Source: Eledone cirrhosa | Taxonomy: Eukaryota | DNA: 64,000 nt | Assembly (NCBI GenBank): GCA_964016885.1 | Contig: OZ024743.1 | Span: 207,266,001-207,330,000, forward strand | Direction of reading: 5' to 3' | Shown: positions 30,351 through 44,789 of the stretch, piece by piece | Layout: every line of letters begins with the position of its first letter | Numbering within the stretch: the first letter of the stretch is position 1 | Program-made: the position numbers and the translations under genes | Notes under the pieces: generated by a model | Seen by the model: the letters and a program-made list of their open reading frames with translations, nothing else | Told to the model about the DNA's origin: nothing | Database searches by the model: none

Positions 30351-33300
30351 AAACTCTACCAGTACTACTAATCTACCACCCTGATCTATTTAAAGTATAT
30401 TGTCCTACACTCTACCAGTACTACTAATCTACCACCCTGATCTATGTAAAGTATATTGCCCTACTCTCTACCAGTGCTACTAATCTACCACCCTGATCTA
30501 TGTAAAGTATATTGTCCTACACTCTACCAGTACTACTAATCTCCCACCCTGATCTATGTAAAGTATATTGTCCTACACTCTACCAGTACTACTAATCTCC
30601 CACCCTGATCTATGTAAAGTATATTGTCCTACACTCTACCAGTACTACTAATCTCCCACCCTGATCTATGTAAAGTATATTGTCCTACACTCTACCAGTA
30701 CTACTAATCTACCACCCTGATCTATGTAAAGTATATTGTCCTACACTCTACCAGTACTACTAATCTACCACCTTGATCTATTTAAAGTATATTGTCCTAC
30801 ACTCTACCAGTACTACTAATCTACCACCCTGATCTATGTAAAGTATATTGTCCTAAACTCTACCAGTACTACTAATCTACCACCCTGATCTATTTAAAGT
30901 ATATTGTCCTAAACTCTACCAGTACTACTAATCTACCACCCTGATCTATTTAACGTATATTGTCCTACACTCTACCAGTACTACTAATCTACCACCCTGA
31001 TCTATGTAAAGTATATTGCCCCACACTCTACCAGTGCTACTAATCTACCACGTTGATCTATGTAAAGTATATTGTCCTACACTCTACCAGTACTACTAAT
31101 CTACCACCCTGATCTATGTAAAGTATATTGTCCTACACTCTACCAGTTCTACTAATCTACCACCCTGATCTATGTAAAGTATATTGTCCTACACTCTACC
31201 AGTGCTACTAATCTACCACCCTGATCTATGTAAAGTATATTGTCCTAAACTCAACCAGTACTACTAATCTACCACCCTGATCTATGTAAAGTATATTGTC
31301 CTACACTCTACCAGTCCTACTAATCTACCACCCTCATCTATGTAAAGTATATTGTCCTACACTCTACCAGTGCTACTAATCTACCACCTTGATCTATGTA
31401 AAGTATATTGTCCTACACTCTACCAGTAATACTAATCTCCCACCTTGATCTATGTAAAGTATATTGTCCTACACTCTACCAGTCCTACTAATCTACCACC
31501 CTCATCTATGTAAAGTATATTGTCCTACACTCTACCAGTGCTACTAATCTATCACTTTGATCTATGTAAAGTATATTGTCCTACACTCTACCAGTACTAC
31601 TAATCTCCCACCATGATCTATACAAAGTATATTGTCCTACACTCTACCAGTACTACTAATCTCCCACCCTGATCTATACAAAGTATATTGTCCTATACTC
31701 TACCAGTACTACTAATCTACCACCCTGATCTATGTAAAGTATATTGTCCTACACTCTACCAGTGCTACTAATCTACCACCTTGATCTATGTAAAGTATAT
31801 TGTCCTACACTCTACCAGTACTACTAATCTCCCACCCTGATGTATACAAAGTATATTATCCTACACTCTACCAGTACTACTAATCTACCACCCTGATCTA
31901 TGTAAAGTATATTGCCCTACTCTCTACCAGTGCTACTAATCTACCACCCTGATCTATGTAAAGTATATTGTCCTACACTCTACCAGTACTACGAATCTAC
32001 CACCATGATATATGTAAAGTATATTGTCCTACACTCTACCAGTACTACTAATCTACCACCCTGATCTATGTAAAGTATATTGTCCTACACTCTACCAGTA
32101 CTACTAATCTCCCACCCTGATCTATGTAAAGTATATTGTCTTACACTCTACCAGTACTACTAATCTACCACCCTGATCTATGTAAAGTATATTGTCCTAA
32201 ATACCAGTACTACTAATCTACCACCCTGATCTATTTAAAGTATATTGTCCTACACTCTACCAGTACTACTAATCTACTACTCTGATCTATGTAAAGTATA
32301 TTGCCCTACTCTCTACCAGTGCTACTAATCTACCACCCTGATCTATGTAAAGTATATTGTCCTACATTCTACCAGTACTACTAATCTCCCACCCTGATCT
32401 ATGTAAAGTATATTGTCCTACACTCTACCAGTACTACTAATCTACCACCCTGATCTATGTAAAGTATATTGTCCTACACTCTACCAGTACTACTAATCTA
32501 CCACCCTGATCTATGTAAAGTATATTGTCCTAAACTCTACCAGTACTACTAATCTACCACGCTGATCTATTTAAAGTATATTGTCCTAAACTCTACCAGT
32601 ACTACTAATCTACCACCCTGATCTATTTAAAGTATATTGTCCTACACACTACCAGTACTACTAATCTACCACCCTGATCTATGTAAAGTATATTGTCCCA
32701 CACTCTACTAGTGCTACTAATCTACCACGTTGATCTATGTAAAGTATATTGTCCTACACTCTACCAGTGCTACTAATCTACCACCCTGATCTATGTAAAG
32801 TATATTGTCCTACACTCTACCAGTTCTACTAATCTACCACCCTGATCTATGTAAAGTATATTGTCCTACACTCTACCAGTACTACTAATCTACCACCCTG
32901 ATCTATGTAAAGTATATTGTCCTACACTCTACCAGTACTACTAATCTCCCACCCTGATCTATGTAAAGTATATTGTCCTACACTCTACCAGTACTACTAA
33001 TCTCCCACCCTGATCTATTTAAAGTATGTTGTCCTACACTCTACCAGTACTACTAATCTACTACTCTGATCTATGTAAAGTATATTGCCCTACTCTCTAC
33101 CAGTGCTACTAATCTACCACCCTGATCTATGTAAAGTATATTGTCCTACACTCTACCAGTACTACTAATCTCCCACCCTGATCTATGTAAAGTATATTGT
33201 CCTACACTCTACCAGTACTACTAATCTACCACCCTGATCTATGTAAAGTATATTGTCCTACACTCTACCAGTGCTACTAATCTACCACCCTGATCTATGT

Positions 33301-36300
33301 AAAGTATATTGTCCTACACTCTACCAGTACTACTAATTTCCCACCCTGATCTATACAAAGTATATTGTCCTATACTCTACCAGTACTACTAATCTAGCAC
33401 CCTGATCTATGTAAAGTATATTGTCCTACACTCTACCAGTACTACTAATCTACCACCTTGGTCTATGTAAAGTATAATGTCCTACACTCTACCAGTACTA
33501 CTAATCTCCCACCCTGATCTATGTAAAGTATATTGTCTTACACTCTACCAGTACTACTAATCTACCACCCTGATCTATGTAAAGTATATTGTCCTAAATA
33601 CCAGTACTACTAATCTACCACCCTGATCTATTTAAAGTATATTGTCCTACACTCTACCAGTACTACTAATTTCCCACCCTGATCTATACAAAGTATATTG
33701 TCCTATACTCTACCAGTACTACTAATCTAGCACCCTGATCTATGTAAAGTATATTGTCCTACACTCTACCAGTACTACTAATCTACCACCTTGGTCTATG
33801 TAAAGTATAATGTCCTACACTCTACCAGTGCTACTAATCTACCACCTTGATCTATGTAAAGTATATTGTCCTACACTCTACCAGTACTACTAATCTCCCA
33901 CCCTGATCTATACAAAGTATATTGTCCTACACTCTACCAGTACTACTAATCTCCCACCCTGATCTATGTAAAGTATATTGTCCTACACTCTACCAGTACT
34001 ACTAATCTCCCACCCTGATCTATACAAAGTATATTGTCCTACACTCTACCAGTACTACTAATCTCCCACCCTGATCTATGTAAAGTATATTGTCCTACAC
34101 TCTACCAGTACTACTAATCTCCCACCCTGATCTATGTAAAGTATATTGTCCTACACTCTACCAGTACTACTAATCTCCCACCCTGATCTATGTAAAATAT
34201 ATTGTCCTACACTCTACCAGTACTACTAATCTCCCACCCTGATCTATGTAAAATATATTGTCCTACACTCTACCAGTACTACTAATCTACCACCTTGATC
34301 TATGTAAAGTATATTGTCCTACACTATACCAGTACTACTAATCTCCCACCGTGACCTATGTCATATATATTGTCCTACACTCTACCAGTACTACTAATCT
34401 ACCACCCTGATCTATGTGAAGTATATTGTCCTAAACTCTACCAGTACTACTAATCTACCACCCTGATCTATGTAAAATATATTGTCCTACACTCTACCAG
34501 TGCTACTAATCTACCACCCTGATCTATGTAAAGTATATTGTTCTAAACTCTACCAGTACTACTAATCTCCCACCCTGATCTATGTAAAGTATATTGTCCC
34601 ACAATCTACCAGTACTACTAATCTACCACCCTGATCTATGTAAAGTATATTGTCCTACACTCTACCAGTACTACTAATCTAACACCCTGATCTATGTAAA
34701 TTATATTGTCCTACACTCTACCAGTACTACTAATCTCCCACCCTGATCTATGTAAAGTATATTGTCCTACACTCTACCAATACTACTAATCTACCACCTT
34801 GATCTATGTAAAGTATATTGTTCTACACTCTACCAGTACTACTAATCTACCACCTTGATCTATGTAAAGTATATTGTCCTACACTCTACCAGTACTACTA
34901 ATCTCCCACCCTGATCTATACAAAGTATATTGTCCTACACTCTACCAGTACTACTAATCTCCCACCCTGATCTATGTAAAGTATATTGTCCTACACTCTA
35001 CCAGTATTACCAATCTACCACCTTGATCTATGTAAAGTATATTGTCCTACACTCTACCAGTGCTACTAATCTACCACCCTGATCTATGTAAAGTATATTG
35101 TCCTACACTCTACCAGTGCTACTAATCTACCAACTTGATCTATGTAATGTATATTGTCCTACACTCTACCAGTGCTACTAATCTACCACCCTGATCTATG
35201 TAAAGTATATTGTCCTAAACTCTACCAGTGCTACTAATCTATCACTTTGATCTATGTAAAGTATATTGTCCTACACTCTACCAGTACTACTAATCTCCCA
35301 CCCTGATATATACAAAGTATATTGTCCTACACTCTACCAGTACTACTAATCTCCCACCCTGATCTATACAAAGTATATTGTCCTATACTCTACCAGTACT
35401 ACTAATCTACCACCCTGATCTATGTAAAGTATATTGTCCTACACTCTACCAGTACTACTAATCTACCACCCTGATCTATGTAAAGTATATTGTCCTACAC
35501 TCTACCAGTACTACTAATCTCCCACCCTGATCTATGTAAGGTATATTGTCCTACACTCTACCAATAATACTAATCTACCACCTTGATCTATGTAAAGTAT
35601 ATTGTCCTACACTCTACCAGTACTACTAATCTACCACCTTGATCTATGTAAAGTATATTGTTCTACACTCTACCAGTACTACTAATCTACCACCTTGATC
35701 TATGTAAAATATATTGTCCTACACTGTACCAGTACTACTAATCTCCCACCCTGATATATACAAAGTATATTGTCCTACACTCTACCAGTACTACTAATTT
35801 ACCACCCTGATCTATGTAAAGTATATTGTCCTACACTCTACCAGTACTACCAATCTACCACCTTGATATATGTAAAGTATATTGTCCTACACTCTACCAG
35901 TACTACTAATCTCCCACCCTGATCTATGTAACGTATATTGTCCTACACTCTACCAGTACTACTAATCTCCCACCCTGATCTATGTAAAGTGTATTGTCCT
36001 ACACTCTACCAGTGCTACTAACCTACCACCTTGATCTATGTAAAGTATATTGTCCTACACTCTACCAGTACTACTAATCTACCACCCTGATCTATGTAAA
36101 GTATATTGTCCTAAACTCTACCAGTACTACTAATCTACCACCTTGATCTATGTAAATTATATTGTCCTACACTCTACCAGTGCTACTAATCTAACAGCCT
36201 GATCTATGTAAGGTATATTGTCCTAAACTCTACCAGGACTACTAATCTACCACCCTGATCTATGTAAAGTATATTGTCCTACACTCTACCAGTACTACTA

Positions 36301-37399
36301 ATCTACCACCCTGATCTATGTAAAGTATATTGTCCTACACTCTACCAGTGCTACTAATCTACCACCCTGATCTATGTAAAGAATATTGTCCTACATTCTA
36401 CCAGTGCTACTAATCTAACACCTTGATCTATGTAAAGTATATTGTCCTTCACTCTACCAGTACTACTAATCTACCACCTTGATCTATGTAAAGTTTATTG
36501 TCCTACACTCTACCAGTACTACTGATCTACCACCCTGATCTATGTAAAGTATAATATCCTACAATCTACCAGTGCTACTAATCTCCCACCCTGATCTATG
36601 TAAAGTATATTATCCTTCACTCTACCAGTACTACTAATCTACCACCTTAATCTATGTAAAGTATATTGTCCTACACTCTACCAGTGGTACTATCTCCCAC
36701 CTTGATCTATGTAAAGTATATTGTCCTACACTCTACCAGTACTACTAAACTACCACCCTGATCTATGTAAAGTATATTGTCCTACGCTCTACCAGTGCTA
36801 CTAATCTCCCACCTTGATCTATGTAAAGTATATTGTCCTACACTCTACCAGTATTACTAATCTCCCACCCTGATCTATGTAAAGTATATTGTCCTAAACT
36901 CTACCAGTACTACTAAACTACCACCCTGATCTATGTAAAGTATATTGTCCTACACTCTACCAGTACTACTAATCTCCCACCCTGATCTATACAAAGTATA
37001 TTGTCCTACACTCTACCAGTACTACTAATCTCCCACCCTGATCTATGTAAAGTATATTGTCATACACTCTACCAGTACTACTAATCTCCCACCCTGATCT
37101 ATACAAAGTATATTGTCCTACACTCTACCAGTACTACTAATCTCCCACCCTGATCTATGTAAAGTATATTGTCCTACACTCTACCAGTACTACTAATCTC
37201 CCACCCTGATCTATGTAAAGTATATTGTCCTACACTCTACCAGTACTACTAATCTCCCACCCTGATCTATGTAAAATATATTGTCCTACACTCTACCAGT
37301 ACTACTAATCTCCCACCCTGATCTATGTAAAATATATTGTCCTACACTCTACCAGTACTACTAATCTACCACCTTGATCTATGTAAAGTATATTGTCCT

Positions 37400-40300
37400 A
37401 CACTATACCAGTACTACTAATCTCCCACCGTGACCTATGTCATATATATTGTCCTACACTCTACCAGTACTACTAATCTACCACCCTGATCTATGTAAAG
37501 TATATTGTCCTAAACTCTACCAGTACTACTAATCTACCACCCTGATCTATGTAAAATATATTGTCCTACACTCTACCAGTGCTACTAACCTCCCACCCTG
37601 ATCTATGTAAAGTATATTGTCCTACACTCTACCAGTACTACTAATCTACCACCCTGATCTATGTAAAGTATATTGCCCTACTCTCTACCAGTGCTACTAA
37701 TCTACCACCCTGATCTATGTAAAGTATATTGTTCTAAACTCTACCAGTACTACTAATCACCCACCCTGATCTATGTAAAGTATATTGTCCTACACTCTAC
37801 CAGTACTACTAATCTCCCACCCTGATCTATACAAAGTATATTGTCCTACACTCTACCAGTACTACTAATCTCCCACCCTGATCTATGTAAAGTATATTGT
37901 CCTACACTCTACCAGTATTACCAATCTACCACCTTGATCTATGTAAAGTATATTGTCCTACACTCTACCAGTGCTACTAATCTACCACCCTGATCTATGT
38001 AAAGTATATTGTCCTACACTCTACCAGTGCTACTAATCTACCAACTTGATCTATGTAATGTATATTGTCCTACACTCTACCAGTGCTACTAATCTACCAC
38101 CCTCATCTATGTAAAGTATATTGTCCTAAACTCTACCAGTGCTACTAATCTACCACCCTGATCTATATAAAGTATATTGTCCCAGACTCTACCAGTACTA
38201 CTAATCTCCCACCCTGATCTATGTAAAGTATATTGTCCCAAACTCTACCCGTACTACTAATCTACCACCTTGATCTATGTAAAGTATATTGTCCTACACT
38301 CTACCAGTACTACTAATCTACCACCCTGATCTATGTAAAGTATATTGTCTTACACTCTACCAGTACTACTAATCTACCACCCTGATCTATGTAAAGTATA
38401 CTGTCCTACACTCTACCAGTACTACTAATCTCCCACCCTGATCTATGTAAAGTATATTGTCCTACACTCTACCAGTGCTACTAATCTCCCACCCTGATCT
38501 ATGTAAAGTATATTGTCCTACACTCTACCAGTACTACTAATCTATCACTTTGATCTATGTAAAGTATATTGTCCTACACTCTACCAGTACTACTAATCTC
38601 CCACCCTGATCTATACAAAGTATATTGTCCTACACTCTACCAGTACTACTAATCTCCCACCCTGATCTATACAAAGTATATTGTCCTATACTCTACCAGT
38701 ACTACTAATCTACCACCCTGATCTATGTAAAGTATATTGTCCTACACTCTACCAGTACTACTAAACTACCACCCTGATCTATTTAAAGTATATTGTCCTA
38801 CACTCTACCAGTACTACTAATCTACCACCCTGATTTATGTAAAGTATATTGTCCTACACTCTACCAGTACTACTAATCTACCACCTTGATCTATGTAAAG
38901 TATATTGTCCTACACTCTACCAGTACTACTAATCTTCCACCCTGATCTATGTAAAGTATATTGTCCTACACTCTACCAGTACTACTAATCTCCCACCCTG
39001 ATCTATGTAAAGTATATTGTCCTACACTCTACCAGTACTACTAAGCTACCACCCTGATCTATGTAAAGTATTTTGTCCTACACTCTACCAGTACTACTAA
39101 TCTACCACCCTGATCTATGTAAAGTATATTGTCCTACACTCTACCAGTACTACGAATCTACCACCATGATCTATGTAAAGTATATTGTCCTACACTCTAC
39201 CAGTACTACTAATCTACCACCTTGATCTATGTAAAGTATATTGTTCTACACTCTACCAGTACTACTAATCTACCACCTTGATCTATGTAAAGTATATTGT
39301 CCTACACTCTACCAGTACTACTAATCTCCCACCCTGATCTATACAAAGTATATTGTCCTACACTCTACCAGTACTACTAATTTACCACCCTGATCTATGT
39401 AAAGTATATTGTCCTACACTCTACCAGTACTACCAATCTACCACCTTGATATATGTAAAGTATATTGTCCTACACTCTACCAGTACTACTAATCTACCAC
39501 CTTGATCTATGTAAAGTATATTGTCCTACACTCTACCAGTACTACTAATCTACCACCTTGATCTATGTAAAGTATATTGTCCTACACTCTACCAGTACTA
39601 CTAATCTACCACCTTGATCTATGTAAATTATATTGTCCTACACTCTACCAGTGCTACTAATCTACCAACCTGATCTATGTAAAGTATATTGTCCTACACT
39701 CTACCAGTGCTACTAATCTAGCAGCCTGATCTATGTAAAGTATATTGTCCTAAACTCTACCAGGACTACTAATCTACCACCTTGATCTATGTAAAGTATA
39801 TTGTCCTACAATCTACCAGTACTACTAATCTACCACCCTGATCTATGTAAAGTATATTGTCCTACACTCTACCAGAACTACTAATCTACCACCCTGATCT
39901 ATGTAAAGTATATTGTCCTACACTCTACCAGTGCTACTAATCTACCACCCTGATCTATGTAAAGTATATTGTCCTACACTCTACCAGTGCTACTAATCTA
40001 ACACCTTGATCTATGTAAAGTATATTGTCCTTCACTCTACCAGTACTACGAATCTACCACCTTGATCTATGTAAAGTTTATTGTCCTACACTCTACCAGT
40101 ACTACTGATCTACCACCCTGATCTATGTAAAGTATATTATCCTACAATCTACCAGTGGTACTAATCTCCCACCCTGATCTATGTAATGTATATTATCCTT
40201 CACTCTACCAGTACTACTAATCTACCACCTTAATCTATGTAAAGTATATTCTCCTACACTCTACCAGTGATACTAACTCCCACCTTGATCTATGTAAAGT

Positions 40301-43300
40301 ATATTGTCCTGCACTCTACCAGTACTACTAAACTACCACCCTGATCTATGTAAAGTATATTGTCCTACACTCTACCAGTGCTACTAATCTCCCACCTTGA
40401 TCTATGTAACGTATATTGTCCTACACTCTACCAGTACTACTAATCTACCATCCTGATCTATGTAAAGTATATTGTCCTACACTCTACCAGTGCTACTAAT
40501 CTCCCACCTTGGTCTATGTAAAGTATATTGTCCTACACTCTACCAGTACTACTAATCTACCACCTTGATCTATGTAAAGTATATTGTCCTACACTATACC
40601 AGTACTACTAATCTCCCACCGTGACCTATGTCATATATATTGTCCTACACTCTACCAGTACTACTAATCTACCACCCTGATCTATGTAAAGTATATTGTC
40701 CTAAACTCTACCAGTACTACTAATCTACCACCCTGATCTATGTAAAATATATTGTCCTACACTCTACCAGTGCTACTAACCTCCCACCCTGATCTATGTA
40801 AAGTATATTGTCCTACACTCTACCAGTACTACTAATCTACCACCCTGATCTATGTAAAGTATATTGCCCTACTCTCTACCAGTGCTACTAATCTACCACC
40901 CTGATCTATGTAAAGTATATTGTTCTAAACTCTACCAGTACTACTAATCACCCACCCTGATCTATGTAAAGTATATTGTCCTACACTCTACCAGTACTAC
41001 TAATCTCCCACCCTGATCTATACAAAGTATATTGTCCTACACTCTACCAGTACTACTAATCTCCCACCCTGATCTATGTAAAGTATATTGTCCTACACTC
41101 TACCAGTATTACCAATCTACCACCTTGATCTATGTAAAGTATATTGTCCTACACTCTACCAGTGCTACTAATCTACCACCCTGATCTATGTAAAGTATAT
41201 TGTCCTACACTCTACCAGTGCTACTAATCTACCAACTTGATCTATGTAATGTATATTGTCCTACACTCTACCAGTGCTACTAATCTACCACCCTCATCTA
41301 TGTAAAGTATATTGTCCTAAACTCTACCAGTGCTACTAATCTACCACCCTGATCTATATAAAGTATATTGTCCCAGACTCTACCAGTACTACTAATCTCC
41401 CACCCTGATCTATGTAAAGTATATTGTCCAAAACTCTATCCGTACTACTAATCTACCACCTTGATCTATGTAAAGTATATTGTCCTACACTCTACCAGTA
41501 CTACTAATCTACCACCCTGATCTATGTAAAGTATATTGTCTTACACTCTACCAGTACTACTAATCTACCACCCTGATCTATGTAAAGTATACTGTCCTAC
41601 ACTCTACCAGTACTACTAATCTCCCACCCTGATCTATGTAAAGTATATTGTCCTACACTCTACCAGTGCTACTAATCTCCCACCCTGATCTATGTAAAGT
41701 ATATTGTCCTACACTCTACCAGTGCTACTAATCTACCACCCTGATCTATGTAAAGTATACTGTCCTACACTCTACCAGTACTACTAATCTCCCACCCTGA
41801 TCTATGTAAAGTATATTGTCCTACACTCTACCAGTACTACTAATCTATCACTTTGATCTATGTAAAGTATATTGTCCTACACTCTACCAGTACTACTAAT
41901 CTCCCACCCTGATCTATACAAAGTATATTGTCCTACACTCTACCAGTACTACTAATCTCCCACCCTGATCTATACAAAGTATATTGTCCTATACTCTACC
42001 AGTACTACTAATCTACCACCCTGATCTATGTAAAGTATATTGTCCTACACTCTACCAGTACTACTAATCTACCACCTTGATCTATGTAAAGTATATTGTC
42101 CTACACTCTACCAGTACTACTAATCTTCCACCCTGATCTATGTAAAGTATATTGTCCTACACTCTACCAGTACTACTAATCTCCCACCCTGATCTATGTA
42201 AAGTATATTGTCCTACACTCTACCAGTACTACTAAGCTACCACCCTGATCTATGTAAAGTATATTGTCCTACACTCTACCAGTACTACTAATCTACCACC
42301 CTGATCTATGTAAAGTATATTGTCCTACACTCTACCAGTACTACGAATCTACCACCATGATCTATGTAAAGTATATTGTCCTACACTCTACCAGTACTAC
42401 TAATCTACCACCTTGATCTATGTAAAGTATATTGTTCTACACTCTACCAGTACTACTAATCTACCACCTTGATCTATGTAAAGTATATTGTCCTACACTC
42501 TACCAGTACTACCAATCTACCACCTTGATATATGTAAAGTATATTGTCCTACACTCTACCAGTACTACTAATCTACCACCTTGATCTATGTAAAGTATAT
42601 TGTCCTACACTCTACCAGTACTACTAATCTACCACCTTGATCTATGTAAAGTATATTGTCCTACACTCTACCAGTACTACTAATCTACCACCTTGATCTA
42701 TGTAAATTATATTGTCCTACACTCTACCAGTGCTACTAATCTACCAACCTGATCTATGTAAAGTATATTGTCCTACACTCTACCAGTGCTACTAATCTAG
42801 CAGCCTGATCTATGTAAAGTATATTGTCCTAAACTCTACCAGGACTACTAATCTACCACCTTGATCTATGTAAAGTATATTGTCCTACAATCTACCAGTA
42901 CTACTAATCTACCACCCTGATCTATGTAAAGTATATTGTCATTCACTCTACCAGTACTACGAATCTACCACCTTGATCTATGTAAAGTTTATTGTCCTAC
43001 ACTCTACCAGTACTACTGATCTACCACCCTGATCTATGTAAAGTATATTATCCTACAATCTACCAGTGCTACTAATCTCCCACCCTGATCTATGTAATGT
43101 ATATTATCCTTCACTCTACCAGTACTACTAATCTACCACCTTAATCTATGTAAAGTATATTGTCCTACACTCTACCAGTGATACTAACTCCCACCTTGAT
43201 CTATGTAAAGTATATTGTCCTGCACTCTACCAGTACTACTAAACTACCACCCTGATCTATGTAAAGTATATTGTCCTACACTCTACCAGTGCTACTAATC

Positions 43301-43500
43301 TCCCACCTTCATCTATGTAACGTATATTGTCCTACACTCTACCAGTACTACTAATCTACCATCCTGATCTATGTAAAGTATATTGTCCTACACTCTACCA
43401 GTACTACTAATCTCCTACCTTGGTCTATGTAAAGTATATTGTCCTACACTCTACCAGTACTACTAATCTACTACCTTGATCTATGTAAAGTATATTGTCC
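37400..43500. repeat. ~3.1-3.2-kb period duplication in domain B
   Basis: GTGACCTATGTCA 37430/40621 and TAAGCT 39042/42233 are both offset 3191. CAGGACT 39761/42840 is offset 3079, two monomers fewer. Boundaries are approximate. Confidence 0.8.
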
Positions 43501-44789
43501 TACACTCTACCAGTACTACTAATCTCCCACCTTGATCTATGTAAAGTATATTGTCCTACACTCTACCAGTACTACTGATCTACCACCCTGATCTATGTAA
43601 AGTATATTATCCTACACTCTACCAGTACTACTAATCTACCACCCTGATCTATGTAAAGTATATTGTCCTACACTCTACCAGTACTACTAATCTACCACCC
43701 TGATCTATGTAAAGTATATTGTCCTACACTCTACCAGTACTACTGATCTACCACCCTGATCTATGTAAAGTATATTATTCTACACTCTACCAGTACTACT
43801 AATCTCCCACCCTGATCTATGTAAAGTATATTATTCTACACTCTACCAGTACTACTAATCTACCACCCTGATCTATGTAAAGTATATTGTCCTACACTCT
43901 ACCAGCACTACTAATCTCCCACCTTGATCTATGTAAAGAATATTGTCCTACACTCTACCAGTGCTAATAATCTCCCACCTTGATCTATGTAAAGTATATT
44001 GTCCTACACTCTACCAGTACAACTAATCTACCAGCCTGATCTATGTAAAGTATATTGTCCTACACTCTACCAGTGCTACTAATCTCCCACCTTGATCTAT
44101 GTAAAGTATATTGTCCTACACTCTACCAGTGCTACTAATCTACCACCCTGATCTATGTAAAGTATATTGTCCTACACTCTACCAGTGCTACTAATCTACC
44201 ACCCTGATTTATGTAAAGTATATTGTCCTACACTCTACCAGTGCTACTAATCTACCACCTTGATCTATGTAAAGTATATTGTACTACTAATCTACCACGT
44301 TGATCTATGTAAAGTATATTGTCCTAAACTCTACCAGTGCTACTAATCTATCACTTTGATCTATGTAAAGTATATTGTCCTACACTCTACCAGTACTACT
44401 AATCTCCCACCCTGATCTATACAAAGTATATTGTCCTACACTCTACCAGTACTACTAATCTCCCACCCTGATCTATACAAAGTATATTGTCCTATACTCT
44501 ACCAGTACAACTAATCTACCACCCTGATCTATGTAAAGTATATTGTCCTACACTCTACCAGTTCTACTAATCTACCACCCTGATCTATGTAAAGTATATT
44601 GTCCTACACTCTACCAGTACCACTAATCTCCCATCCTGATCTATGTAAGGTATATTGTCCTACACTCTACCAATAATACTAATCTACCACCTTGATCTAT
44701 GTAAAGTATATTGTCCTACACTCTACCAGTACTACTAATCTACCACCTTGATCTATGTAAAGTATATTGTTCTACACTCTACCAGTACT

